From Chlorobiota bacterium (lineage in GTDB: Bacteria > Bacteroidota > Chlorobiia > Chlorobiales > Chlorobiaceae), in contig VGMX01000014.1 of the NCBI GenBank assembly GCA_016866305.1, positions 2,161 through 66,160 of the forward strand: a stretch of 64,000 bases of DNA. Reading direction: 5' to 3'. Both the position numbers and the translations under genes were made by a program. The notes beneath the pieces are model-generated. The model had not been told where the DNA came from, did no database searches, and saw only the letters and a list, made by a program, of their open reading frames with translations. How positions within the stretch are numbered: the first letter of the stretch is position 1; each line of letters opens with the position of its first letter. This document shows, piece after piece, positions 1-9,715 of the stretch.

Positions 1-1318
1 CCTGCGGCAGGTCGATGCCTGCGCATGCTCCGATAATGGCTCCGAAAGCACCGGAGACGGCCGGACCGTGGTCGGCAGAGATCATGATGATGCGCTTGAT
101 GATCTCCGACTCTTCGCGTGACGGGAGTTTCTTGTTCCAGAGCAGGCAGATGACATCCTCGATGCCGTAGCCTTTCTCGCAGAGTTGCGAGGCAGCATAG
201 CCCACATAACGCGGCTCTTCGCCGCGATCGTCGGAAATGGTGGTGCGGATGAGCGGCTCGACAATCACTTCGCCCTGCTTCATGATCTCCTGCACCTTCG
301 GGGGCAGTTCGGGAAGCAGCGCTTCGTCGATTTCCGGTTCCGGCTTGATGGAGCCGTCGGCAAGCAGTTCTTCGTAAATCTGCTTGATGCAATTGGAGAG
401 GCCGCCGAAGGTGTCGGGCACGAGTGCTCCGGCTTCACGCAGCGAGTTCATTTTCGAACGGGCTGAACCGAGGCCTTTCTTGCCCTCCTTGGCGCCGGCA
501 TGACCGAATTTCATGCCCTGGGGAAGCACTTCCTGGCAGGTGCCGCCGATAGCGGCGATCAGTTTGATGCGTCGTTTTTCCGCTGCAAGCCATTCTGCGG
601 CTTCTTCCTCGAGGGTTCCGCCGACTTCACCGACAATGACGACAGCCTTGGTTTCAGGGTCGTTCTCGAACATTTCGAGATAGGTGACGAAATCGGTTCC
701 GGGATAAGCGTCTCCACCGATTGCCACGGCGGTGGTGATGCCGTTGCCGTTCTGGGCGCAGAGCCACATCGCTTCGTTGGAAAGACCACCCGATTTGGTG
801 ATGACACCGAACGAGCCCGAACGGTAGAGGTTGCAGAGCTTCAGATTTTTGAACTCACCGCCGATAACGCCGAGGCGGCACTCCCCTGCCGACATGATGC
901 CGATGGAGGAGGGACCGTTGAAGAGCTTGCCGTTTGCGTTGGCAAGTTTTCTCAGTCGCTTGGCATCCTTTTCAGGCACGCCTTCGGTGATCATGGAGAC
1001 CAGCTTGATGTTCGAGGCTTCCAGAGCTTCCTTTGCGGCAGCGTATGCCCGGCTTGCGCCGATGTAGATCAGTGCGGTATTGATACCCGGGTTTTCGGCG
1101 AGCGCTTCTTCAAGTGACGAATAGACCGGCACGTTTTTCAGCTCGCCGCCACGGTAAATCTCTTTCTGCTGGCCTTCTTCGGGAGGATAGACAAATGCCT
1201 GCACCGTCAGGGGCCGGTTGACCAGAAAGTCGAACTGGGCCATCCTTCTTGCGGCGTTCAGACCGGCGACCCCGCCGATAATGACCACCCGTGTATCCCT
1301 GTTTGCTAATATACTCAC
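1..1318 (-). CDS. aclA: ATP-citrate lyase alpha subunit (3' end outside window)
   Basis: Not in the ORF track (runs off the edge). Manual translation from GTG at 1318 gives MSILANRDTRVVIIGGVAG...; phospho-His motif FGHAGA near 490-510; directly downstream of aclB. Confidence 0.93.
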   Translation of the reverse strand, partial: MSILANRDTRVVIIGGVAGLNAARRMAQFDFLVNRPLTVQAFVYPPEEGQQKEIYRGGELKNVPVYSSLEEALAENPGINTALIYIGASRAYAAAKEALEASNIKLVSMITEGVPEKDAKRLRKLANANGKLFNGPSSIGIMSAGECRLGVIGGEFKNLKLCNLYRSGSFGVITKSGGLSNEAMWLCAQNGNGITTAVAIGGDAYPGTDFVTYLEMFENDPETKAVVIVGEVGGTLEEEAAEWLAAEKRRIKLIAAIGGTCQEVLPQGMKFGHAGAKEGKKGLGSARSKMNSLREAGALVPDTFGGLSNCIKQIYEELLADGSIKPEPEIDEALLPELPPKVQEIMKQGEVIVEPLIRTTISDDRGEEPRYVGYAASQLCEKGYGIEDVICLLWNKKLPSREESEIIKRIIMISADHGPAVSGAFGAIIGACAGIDLPQ

Positions 1319-1382
1319 GATTCTTTCCTGATTAAAAAGTTATAAGTTCCTTTATAATTAGTGGTTAAGGATATTGTGCCCT

Positions 1383-2579
1383 TCACGAGTTCAGTGCAAG
1401 GTCAACAATATCGGTCATCGGCATACTGCGGTCGTACACATGGATGTCAAAACCTTCATCATGCAGTTTTCTGATGGCGGCGAGACCCTGGTTTTCATTC
1501 GGACCACCGCGCCTGACCCAGATTTTCACATTTTCGAGATAGCCTTTCGACTTGCTCTCACGGAATCCGTTGATGATGCCGTTGAAGGTTGCTTTCACAT
1601 CGGTGAAGTTCGCAATGGCGCCGCCTACGATGATATGCTTGATGTTCGGCAGGCTGCAGATGGTTTCCGTCAGAGCCTCCACTGCCCAGTCAGGCGGATC
1701 ACCGGAGTATTCGGCATAATTGGCGATGGTGCCGCCACGGGCCACGACCGCATCGGAGTAGAAAACCGAAGCGCCACCGCCTGCGGTCAGGAGTGCGATT
1801 TCTCCACCGGGAACCTCGACGAACTTGACCGAACCCTTGATGCGTCCGTCGATTTCCATGATCTGCTGCTCCGCTTCGGTGAAGGGGCGTCCGATTTCCG
1901 AAACCGGCTTGAAATCCCAGTCGGCATGGCGGAACCGTGCATCGTAATCCACGTTCATGACGGCATCGAGAGCCGCAAAGCGCATGTCGCTCTTGCGGAT
2001 GACAAGCGGGTTGATTTCGATGGACTGTGCATCCTCGTTATCGAAGCACAGAACGAGGCGCGAGACGATCTTGCCTACCCTTTCTGCGATCTCGCCGCTG
2101 AAGCCGGCTTCGCTGGCGAATTCGGTCAGGCGTTCAATGCTCGGTGATTCATCGATGGGAATGAAGAGACGGCGAACCGTGCCCCAGTTCTCCTCGATAT
2201 CGACACCGCCCCTGTTGGAGAGCAGCACTTCGGCGCCATCACGGTTGCCGTTGATGCAGAGGTAGTACTCCTCGTCATGGTCGAGCATCTCGGCCACGAT
2301 CACCTGACGGATGACTGCGGTGCCGATTTCGCGACCGATCATCTCCCGTGATGCGGCTACGGCTTCCTGAAGATTCAGACCGAGCTTCACGAGACCGAGC
2401 TTGAACCTTCCGCCGATAGCCTCGTGAGCCTTGACAACAAGTTTTGATTCTCTCAGCCATTTATTAGCTTCACCAAGTTGTTCAAGCCGGTTCGGATCCA
2501 TGATAACCACATAGTTTGGCACGGGAATGCCCCACTTGTTAAATAGTTTCATAGCCGGCCCTTCAAGTATCTTAGCCAT
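1383..2579 (-). CDS. aclB: ATP-citrate lyase beta subunit
   Basis: 398 aa, ATP-grasp N-terminus (MAKILEGPAMKLFNKWGIPVP), AGGGASVFYSD, NYAEYSGDP and WVRRGGPN motifs typical of AclB. Confidence 0.95.
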   Translation of the reverse strand: MAKILEGPAMKLFNKWGIPVPNYVVIMDPNRLEQLGEANKWLRESKLVVKAHEAIGGRFKLGLVKLGLNLQEAVAASREMIGREIGTAVIRQVIVAEMLDHDEEYYLCINGNRDGAEVLLSNRGGVDIEENWGTVRRLFIPIDESPSIERLTEFASEAGFSGEIAERVGKIVSRLVLCFDNEDAQSIEINPLVIRKSDMRFAALDAVMNVDYDARFRHADWDFKPVSEIGRPFTEAEQQIMEIDGRIKGSVKFVEVPGGEIALLTAGGGASVFYSDAVVARGGTIANYAEYSGDPPDWAVEALTETICSLPNIKHIIVGGAIANFTDVKATFNGIINGFRESKSKGYLENVKIWVRRGGPNENQGLAAIRKLHDEGFDIHVYDRSMPMTDIVDLALNS

Positions 2580-2716
2580 ACTATTGATTTGTTTGTATGT
2601 TTCGGGTAAATGATTGTAAACAAGGAAATGCGCAAGATCTTAAGTTAACTATATTTCAATACAATCCAACAGTTTAAGATTGTTAACCCAATGAAACTCG
2701 CATAAAAACCTGCATT

Positions 2717-3568
2717 ATGAGTGATTTTCTGTTCTGGTGGCAGCATCTGCCCTCGCAGATGAACCCGGTTGTTGTCTCGGTGGGCGGTTTTGCGGTCCGC
2801 TGGTACGGCATGATGTATATCATTGCATTCGCCGTGGTCTGGCTGCTGACGATCTACAGGCTGAAGACCGAAAAGAGTCCGTTCACGCGTCAGTTCGCCG
2901 GTGATGCCCTGACCTGGTCCATGGTCGGCGTGGTGGTCGGAGGGAGGCTGGGCTATATCCTGTTCTACGGTCTCGACGGATTTCTTGCCGATCCGCTCGG
3001 CACGCTCATTCCCGGTTTTTCAGCATCCGGAGGATGCAGTTTCGCGGGAATTACCGGCATGTCCTACCACGGCGGCCTGCTCGGAGTGGTGCTGGCCATG
3101 TGGCTTTTTTCCCGCTCCGAAAAAAAAGGGTTTTTTGAAACCTTCGACCTCTTCATCCCTTCCCTGCCCCTCGGCTACATGTTCGGCCGTCTCGGCAATT
3201 TCATCAACGGGGAACTGTACGGCAGAGTGACGGAGTCGGCCGCAGGTATGTACTTCCCGCTCGCTCCGACACAGGAACTGCGCCATCCCTCACAGCTGTA
3301 CGAAGCGTTTTTCGAAGGCATTGTGCTGTTTCTGCTGCTCTGGATGCTGCGAAAGAAATCGCCGTTTGCGGGTTTTCTTTCGGGACTTTACCTGCTGGGA
3401 TACGGCTTTGTGCGCTTTTTCATCGAATATTTCCGCGAACCCGATGCGCATCTCGGCTTCGTGTTCCTGAACTTTTCCATGGGACAGGTGCTCTGTTTCG
3501 TGATGATGGTGGCCGGCGCGGCGATCATCATGCTGGCAAAGCCGAAAAAAGTGTCACCGGGGGGTTAG
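2717..3568 (+). CDS. lgt: Prolipoprotein diacylglyceryl transferase
   Basis: Motifs RWYG, GGRLGY, GMSYHGG, GRLGNFINGELYGR, HPSQLYE, RFFIEYFREPD. Confidence 0.96.
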   Translation: MSDFLFWWQHLPSQMNPVVVSVGGFAVRWYGMMYIIAFAVVWLLTIYRLKTEKSPFTRQFAGDALTWSMVGVVVGGRLGYILFYGLDGFLADPLGTLIPGFSASGGCSFAGITGMSYHGGLLGVVLAMWLFSRSEKKGFFETFDLFIPSLPLGYMFGRLGNFINGELYGRVTESAAGMYFPLAPTQELRHPSQLYEAFFEGIVLFLLLWMLRKKSPFAGFLSGLYLLGYGFVRFFIEYFREPDAHLGFVFLNFSMGQVLCFVMMVAGAAIIMLAKPKKVSPGG

Positions 3569-4339
3569 GAGCACCTCTTCCCCGCTGCCGAAACACCGTT
3601 TCCGGACGATCAGCATCACGATGATCGAGGTGAGGGCCGTCGAGCCGACCAGCATGAACATCACCACGATCTGGTAGCGGATGGCGACAAGAGGATCCGT
3701 GCCGGAAAGAATCTGGCCGGACATCATGCCGGGAATGAACACCAGTCCCACTCCCATCATGGCGTTAATCGACGGAATCATGCCTGCCGTCACCGCGTTC
3801 CGGAACACCTCGTCGCTGGCCTCTCGGTAGTTCGCCCCGAGAGCCAGCTTCATCTCCACGACATCCCGCTGCACGCGCATGTCGCGGAACATCCTTTCAA
3901 GGGCAATGGCAATGGCCGACATGGAGTTGCCGATCACCATGCCGAGGGTCGGAATGAAATAACGTGGTTCCCACCAAGGCGTAGTCCCGACAATAAATCC
4001 CGAGACGAACACCGCCGTCGCGAAATAGGTTACGAGCATGGTGAGAAAGGTCGGCAGGACATAGGCAACCTGCTTTTCCTTTACCCTGCCCCTGACGATG
4101 AACATGGCCGATACCACCATGACGGCAAATACCGCCAAAGTCAAAAGCAGACTTTGCGTGCCGAGAATGAAGGTGAGTACATAGCCCATGAGGAAGAGCT
4201 GCGCGAAGGTGCGCAGTGCGCCGACGGAGATGTCGCGGTTGAGCCCGAGATGGTAGATGAACGAGCTTGCCTGGGCGATGAGGATGAAGACGAAGGCCAG
4301 GAGAAGCTGCGGAATCGAGATGTCGATGATCTGGTTCAT
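3554..4339 (-). CDS. ABC transporter permease, UPF0014/FetB(YbbM)-like
   Basis: Multi-TM; RTFAQLFLMGYVL, IPTLGMVIGNSM and IPGMMSGQILSG...AIRYQI motifs. Confidence 0.85.
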   Translation of the reverse strand: MNQIIDISIPQLLLAFVFILIAQASSFIYHLGLNRDISVGALRTFAQLFLMGYVLTFILGTQSLLLTLAVFAVMVVSAMFIVRGRVKEKQVAYVLPTFLTMLVTYFATAVFVSGFIVGTTPWWEPRYFIPTLGMVIGNSMSAIAIALERMFRDMRVQRDVVEMKLALGANYREASDEVFRNAVTAGMIPSINAMMGVGLVFIPGMMSGQILSGTDPLVAIRYQIVVMFMLVGSTALTSIIVMLIVRKRCFGSGEEVLLTPR

Positions 4340-5022
4340 GCATCAGTGAGTGTCAGCCGGCGGTTTTCAAGCCTGTAGGCAAGCGCCACGACCGTTTCGG
4401 GCCGGTAGTCGCTGTGCGTGACACCGAGGATGGTCATCTTTCTTTCAGTATTGAGGCGTTCCATGATGGAGAACACCATCGCGGCGCTTTCCGGGTCGAG
4501 TGCCGAAGTCGGTTCGTCGAGCAGCATCAGGTCGGGCTGCTGCAGAATGGCCCGCATGATGGCAAGGCGCTGCTTCTGGCCGGTCGAGAGCTTCAGGGCG
4601 GACTGGCCGAGCGATACTCCTTCAAGATAGAACTCGGCAAGCATCTGCTCAAGCGCCTCTTCCGAAGGCGCGATTTTGTTGCGGTTGGCTGCAAATGAAA
4701 ACGGCAGCAGCAGATTTTCACCGACCGTCATATCGGTCATCTGCGGAATCTGGGCCACATAGCTGATCATTGAACGCAACACGGCAGGTGCCGTCTCGAC
4801 GATGTTCCGGCCACGAAACAGGATAACCCCCACCTGCGGCCGGTTCAGGCGGCAGCAGAGGCGCAGCAGCGTGGATTTGCCCGTGCCGGAAGCTCCCCTG
4901 ACGAGGATGAACGCACCTTCCCGGACCGTAAGATCGAGATGCTCGAATACCGGGAATTCCGCTCCCGGCCAGGAGAAGGCAAGGTTCTGTATTTCAAGCA
5001 GGTGCGTCATGGCTGCATGCAT
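4336..5022 (-). CDS. ABC transporter ATP-binding protein (FetA-like); start uncertain (5010/5022/5064)
   Basis: Walker A GASGTGKS, signature LSTGQKQR, Walker B LLLDEPTSALD; 4-bp overlap with the permease. Confidence 0.88.
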   Translation of the reverse strand: MHAAMTHLLEIQNLAFSWPGAEFPVFEHLDLTVREGAFILVRGASGTGKSTLLRLCCRLNRPQVGVILFRGRNIVETAPAVLRSMISYVAQIPQMTDMTVGENLLLPFSFAANRNKIAPSEEALEQMLAEFYLEGVSLGQSALKLSTGQKQRLAIMRAILQQPDLMLLDEPTSALDPESAAMVFSIMERLNTERKMTILGVTHSDYRPETVVALAYRLENRRLTLTDA

Positions 5023-5092
5023 CTTGAAAAGCTCAGTAAATATACTTTTATTAAGAAAATACATCCTTTTCTCATAAACACCATCGACCTCT

Positions 5093-7660
5093 ATGCAGGC
5101 ACCGGAAGAACGACTCGGCTCATTTTATCTCGGCGCTGAATATGATCTTGCCACAGGGCAGCGTCTTGAGAAACCCGTGCACTATGACGCACGCGATCTT
5201 ACCACTCACGCGGTTTGCGTCGGCATGACCGGAAGCGGCAAGACCGGTCTGTGTATCGGTCTGCTTGAGGAAGCCGCGCTCGACCGGGTGCCCGTGATAC
5301 TCATCGATCCCAAGGGCGACATGACCAATCTGCTCCTGCAGTTTCCTGATCTGCTGCCGGAGGATTTCCTTCCCTGGATCAACGAGGATGATGCGCGCAG
5401 AAAAGGCAAATCGACCGAGGAGCTTGCTGCGGCAACCGCCGAGCAGTGGAAAAACGGCCTGGCGGACTGGGGCATCTCTCCGGACAGGATCCGGCAGCTC
5501 GGCAAGTCCGCGGATTACACCATCTATACGCCCGGTTCCGATACCGGCATTTCCGTCAGCATTCTTGGGAGCCTTGCCGCTCCGGATCTCGATTTCGGGG
5601 AGCATGCCGAAACCATCCGGGAACGCATAAGCGGAACGGCAGGTGCCCTGCTCGGGCTGGCCGGCATCAAGGCCGATCCGGTAAGAAGCCGCGAATCGAT
5701 TCTGCTTGCCGCCATTTTCGAGCACTTCTGGAAACAGGGCCAGGATCTCGACATCGCCCTGCTGATAAGCTCGATCCAGAATCCTCCGGTTCGCCAGATC
5801 GGAGTGTTCGACGTCAACACCTTCTTTCCTGAAAAAGAGCGGTTCGAACTCGCCATGTCCTTCAACGCCCTGATTGCCTCCCCTTCCTTCCAGAGCTGGC
5901 TGACGGGCGATCCCCTGGAAATCGACCGGATGCTTCATACCGCCGAGGGCAAACCAAGACACAGCATTTTCTATCTTGCCCATCTTTCGGAAAGCGAACG
6001 GATGTTCTTTGTGACGCTGCTGCTGGAAAACGTGCTGACCTGGACCAGGGCGCAGTCGGGCACATCGAGCCTCAGGGCGCTGCTCTATTTCGACGAAGTG
6101 TTCGGCTACCTGCCTCCGGTTGCCGAACCGTCATCGAAACGTCCGCTCCTGACGCTGCTCAAGCAGGCCAGGGCATTCGGACTCGGGTGCGTGCTGGTGA
6201 CCCAGAATCCGGTCGATCTCGATTACAAGGGCCTCACCAATACCGGAACATGGTTCATCGGCAAACTTCAGGCGGAACGCGACAAGCAGCGGGTGCTTGA
6301 AGGACTGAAAAGCGCCATAGCCGAAGCCGGGGGTTCCGGAGGATCCGTTGATTACGACAGCATCATCAGCCAGCTCGGCAGCCGGGTCTTTCTGCTGCAC
6401 AATGTGCATGAAGACCGCCCGATCGTATTTCAGACCCGCTGGGCCATGAGTTTCCTGTCGGGACCGATGACAAGACCGCAAATCAGGAAGCTTATGGCTC
6501 CCCGCAAAAACATAAAGGAGAGCACCGCATCTGCTGCGGGCCGGCAAAACGGGACTGCATCCGCTGCACCGGAGAACATTCCCGGAAGGGAAACCGCATC
6601 ATCGGTCCCCGGTTCCCTTCCGTACGGGTTCACCGCCACCCCGCCGGGACTCGACCCTGCGGTAAAACAGGTTTTCGTACCGGTCAGGCTTGATGCAAGG
6701 GCAGCCCTTGAGGTACATGCCCGGCTTACGGGAGGCATGCCGGGCGTCACAGCCGAACAGCTGGTCTATGAACCTGGGCTTGTCGGATCGGCATCGGTTG
6801 TGTTTTCCGACCGCAAACGGGGAGTCAACGAAAACAGGAGAGTGCTCCTTGCCTGTTCTGACCAGGGATCCGCTTTGCAGGGCGACTGGGAGAGGGGCGA
6901 AACGCTTGCCGTTCCTCCTGAATCCCTCTCCGACAGACCCGATGAACGCGCCGCGGCATTCGCCGCTCTTCCCGAAGCGCTCAGTACGGCCCGCTCCATT
7001 TCGGCATTCGATCAGCCCCTTGCCGACTGGCTCTACTACAACTCGCGTTTTCAGCTGCATGTTCATCCCGGTACCGGACTTTTCCGCCGCACCGGAGAGA
7101 GCGAGCGGGATTTTGCCATACGCCTTCAGCAGGCCGCAAGGGAAATGCGCGACCGTGAGGTAGATGCCCTTGAAAAGAAGTATGAGTCGCAACTCGATCG
7201 TCTGCGCGAGAAAATCCGCAGGGAAGAGCGCGAACTGCAGCAGGATGAGGCCGAACACCGGAACCGCAAGACCACCGAACTGGTGGGACTCGGCGAAAGC
7301 GTGCTGGGATTCTTTCTCGGCAGGAAAAGCACCCGGAGCATCAACAGCGCCATGAACCGCCGCAGAATGACCGCCAACGCGAAAGCCGATATCGAGGAAT
7401 CGCGGGAGACTCTTGAAGACCTCCAGAGGGAACAGGATGCGATCAGTGCCGAAATGCAGGAACTTGCCCGAGAGATTGCCGCAAGATGGGAAACGCCGGA
7501 ATCATCACTCATCTCCGAGGAGCTTGCTCCCCGCCGCAGCGATGTTACCGTAACCTTTGTCGCACTTGGCTGGCTCCCCTTCTGGAGGATCACCGTTGCC
7601 GCGCAGGATGGAGCCGGAACGCTCACACTGCCAGCTTACGAACTTGCTGAAAAAGCCTGA
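5093..7660 (+). CDS. HerA/DUF87-like P-loop ATPase with C-terminal coiled coil
   Basis: Walker A GMTGSGKT, IDPKGD, Walker B LLYFDE, QARAFG and TQNP motifs; E/R/Q-rich helical region around aa 680-800. Confidence 0.8.
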   Translation: MQAPEERLGSFYLGAEYDLATGQRLEKPVHYDARDLTTHAVCVGMTGSGKTGLCIGLLEEAALDRVPVILIDPKGDMTNLLLQFPDLLPEDFLPWINEDDARRKGKSTEELAAATAEQWKNGLADWGISPDRIRQLGKSADYTIYTPGSDTGISVSILGSLAAPDLDFGEHAETIRERISGTAGALLGLAGIKADPVRSRESILLAAIFEHFWKQGQDLDIALLISSIQNPPVRQIGVFDVNTFFPEKERFELAMSFNALIASPSFQSWLTGDPLEIDRMLHTAEGKPRHSIFYLAHLSESERMFFVTLLLENVLTWTRAQSGTSSLRALLYFDEVFGYLPPVAEPSSKRPLLTLLKQARAFGLGCVLVTQNPVDLDYKGLTNTGTWFIGKLQAERDKQRVLEGLKSAIAEAGGSGGSVDYDSIISQLGSRVFLLHNVHEDRPIVFQTRWAMSFLSGPMTRPQIRKLMAPRKNIKESTASAAGRQNGTASAAPENIPGRETASSVPGSLPYGFTATPPGLDPAVKQVFVPVRLDARAALEVHARLTGGMPGVTAEQLVYEPGLVGSASVVFSDRKRGVNENRRVLLACSDQGSALQGDWERGETLAVPPESLSDRPDERAAAFAALPEALSTARSISAFDQPLADWLYYNSRFQLHVHPGTGLFRRTGESERDFAIRLQQAAREMRDREVDALEKKYESQLDRLREKIRREERELQQDEAEHRNRKTTELVGLGESVLGFFLGRKSTRSINSAMNRRRMTANAKADIEESRETLEDLQREQDAISAEMQELAREIAARWETPESSLISEELAPRRSDVTVTFVALGWLPFWRITVAAQDGAGTLTLPAYELAEKA

Positions 7661-7677
7661 CGCGATGCGCCGGCCCT

Positions 7678-8328
7678 TCAGCCGAAGCCGTTGGACGGTT
7701 TGCGGAAAAAGAGGAAGCCGGCGACTGTAATGACCGCCAGGGCGACTGCCCAGATGCCCAGGGGAAACTCCGCACCGCCCTGATACATGCTGAATGCTCC
7801 GAACAGGAAAAATACAGCTGCCGCACCGGTTTGGATGGCTTTCTCCGGAAGTCTTTTTCCCACTATTTTTCCGGCAATGATGGCAAGACCATCGGAAAGC
7901 ACCATGCCGATGGTCGATCCGATCCAGACGGGAAAAAATGCATTGTTCGTGGCGAGCGTAATGGTGGAGAGCATGGTCTTGTCGCCGAGCTCAGCCATGA
8001 AGAAGGTTGTGAAAACAAGCCAGAACGGGTGCAGTGTTCTTTTGCAGCTCTCATCTCCTTCGTCAAGATGGTCTCCGCGCAGTGTCCAGAAACCGAACAT
8101 GACGAAGGCTATTCCGGCAATGAACCCGATCCAGTCGGATGGAAGCCTTGCACCAAGAAACCAGCCGATTCCCGCGGAAAAGACATGCACGCCGAGCGTA
8201 GCCCAGAAAATGCCCCAGAGCACGGTTTTCGTATTGTAGCAGGTGGCGAGCGTCAGTGCGACAAGCTGGGTCTTGTCTCCGAGTTCAGCAAGAAAGATCA
8301 TTGCAAGAGAAAGCCAGAACGCATCCAT
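7678..8328 (-). CDS. TMEM165/GDT1 (UPF0016) cation transporter
   Basis: Two E-L-G-D-K-T motifs ([22 protein letters not shown]) in a multi-TM protein. Confidence 0.9.
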   Translation of the reverse strand: MDAFWLSLAMIFLAELGDKTQLVALTLATCYNTKTVLWGIFWATLGVHVFSAGIGWFLGARLPSDWIGFIAGIAFVMFGFWTLRGDHLDEGDESCKRTLHPFWLVFTTFFMAELGDKTMLSTITLATNNAFFPVWIGSTIGMVLSDGLAIIAGKIVGKRLPEKAIQTGAAAVFFLFGAFSMYQGGAEFPLGIWAVALAVITVAGFLFFRKPSNGFG

Positions 8329-8428
8329 ACCGCTGAGGGTTACCCGTTTTCACGGAGATTCCGAGAAATGGAGGGACAAGTATAGCGGAAAAGAGGGACT
8401 TTCGAAAACCGGGGAATGTTTTTTTGTC

Positions 8429-8905
8429 TTACTGGGGGGTTTTCTGCAGCCTCGTGACATCGATGCCCCGCTGCCGGAGCTTTGCAACTACAGCCTCATA
8501 CACCTCCCCGCTCATGTACGGGGTTCTGCCGAGCACCCACACGCCGGAACCGGATGTATTTGCAACCACGGCCCAGGAGTAGTCCGAAGCAAGCTCGATG
8601 ACCCGGTAGTTCGCACTGAAAAGCCCGAAAAACTTGACCTTGAGCCATGCGTTGCCGCTCCCTTCAACCGGTGATGCAACGGCACTGACCGATACGGTTT
8701 TTCCGTTTCTGCGGCACGAATTGCCGACACGCACCCGGCCTTCGGATGTCAGGGTGTATTCTGCCTTGGTGTGCGTACATCCCCGCTGCCTTTTGCGCAC
8801 AATGGCGGCGATTTCGTACCAGGTACCGCAATAACGCGCCACATCCACATGTTCGACGGTCGGTAACGGAACACCGGTTTTCCCCGTTTTTCCGAATAAT
8901 CTCAT
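8429..8905 (-). CDS. Lipocalin (Blc-like); start probably ATG 8905
   Basis: VDVARYCGTWYEIA (GxW), LKVKF, YRVIEL, YSWAVV, WVLGRTP lipocalin motifs. Confidence 0.85.
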   Translation of the reverse strand: MRLFGKTGKTGVPLPTVEHVDVARYCGTWYEIAAIVRKRQRGCTHTKAEYTLTSEGRVRVGNSCRRNGKTVSVSAVASPVEGSGNAWLKVKFFGLFSANYRVIELASDYSWAVVANTSGSGVWVLGRTPYMSGEVYEAVVAKLRQRGIDVTRLQKTPQ

Positions 8906-9083
8906 CCCTGTTGCTGCTGATGCCGGCTTTCTGTTGAAAACAGGTGTGAAGCACACCCTTTCCTTGAAAGAACCCGGAACCTTCAGGATAAGTTCACCGC
9001 TTTCCGAGCCCATCCAGGCTTGCTCCTGTCTCCGGAAATGTTAACTTGACACGCTGCATTCACAAGAAAAAAACATTCCGAAC

Positions 9084-9551
9084 ATGACCGTACGAGAAGC
9101 CGGACCCGAAGATACCGGACGGTGCGCCGACCTGCTCGGCGTGCTGTTTTCCGCCGAGCAGGAATTCAGTCCCGATGCGGAAGCGCAGAAACGGGGACTC
9201 GACCTTGTTGTCGGCAATCCGCAGGCCGGCAGGGTGTTCGTCTGTGAAATCAACGGCACGGTTCAGGGAATGGTGATGCTGCTCTTTACCGTCAGCACGT
9301 TTCTCGGCAGAAAGGCAGCCCTGCTTGAAGACATGATCGTCGACCCGGCTTGCAGGGGACGGGGAATCGGCACCATGCTCCTCAGGCATGCCTCCCTCTT
9401 TGCCGAAAACGAGGGCTTCGGAAGAATCACCCTTTTGACGGATGCGGACAACACCCAGGCCCAGAAGTTCTATGAACGTTCAGGATTTCTGCGCTCATCA
9501 ATGATCGTCATGAGGAAACCGCTTGAACCCGGAGAGAAAATCCATGCATGA
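9084..9551 (+). CDS. GNAT family N-acetyltransferase
   Basis: LEDMIVDPACRGRGIGTMLL acetyl-CoA motif A; AQKFYERSGF. Confidence 0.88.
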   Translation: MTVREAGPEDTGRCADLLGVLFSAEQEFSPDAEAQKRGLDLVVGNPQAGRVFVCEINGTVQGMVMLLFTVSTFLGRKAALLEDMIVDPACRGRGIGTMLLRHASLFAENEGFGRITLLTDADNTQAQKFYERSGFLRSSMIVMRKPLEPGEKIHA

Positions 9552-9705
9552 ATGCTGGCAATGCCGCGAGTGCGGTTATGTGTATGATCCCGCGGAAGGC
9601 GACACGGACAACCGGATTCCGGCCGGCACCTCATTCGTGCAGTTGCCCGGAACCTGGTGTTGCCCGGTATGCAGCGAACCGAAAAGCAGTTTCGATCCAA
9701 TGTGA
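9544..9705 (+). CDS. Rubredoxin
   Basis: WQCRECGYVYDPAEGD...LPGTWCCPVC: two CxxC knuckles; ATG 9544 overlaps the GNAT 3' end. Confidence 0.88.
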   Translation: MHECWQCRECGYVYDPAEGDTDNRIPAGTSFVQLPGTWCCPVCSEPKSSFDPM

Positions 9706-9715
9706 TCGGATGACC

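Noticed and set aside
8329-8428. yybP-ykoY manganese riboswitch upstream of the TMEM165/GDT1 gene
   Set aside because: Only 100 bp and no recognisable conserved core.
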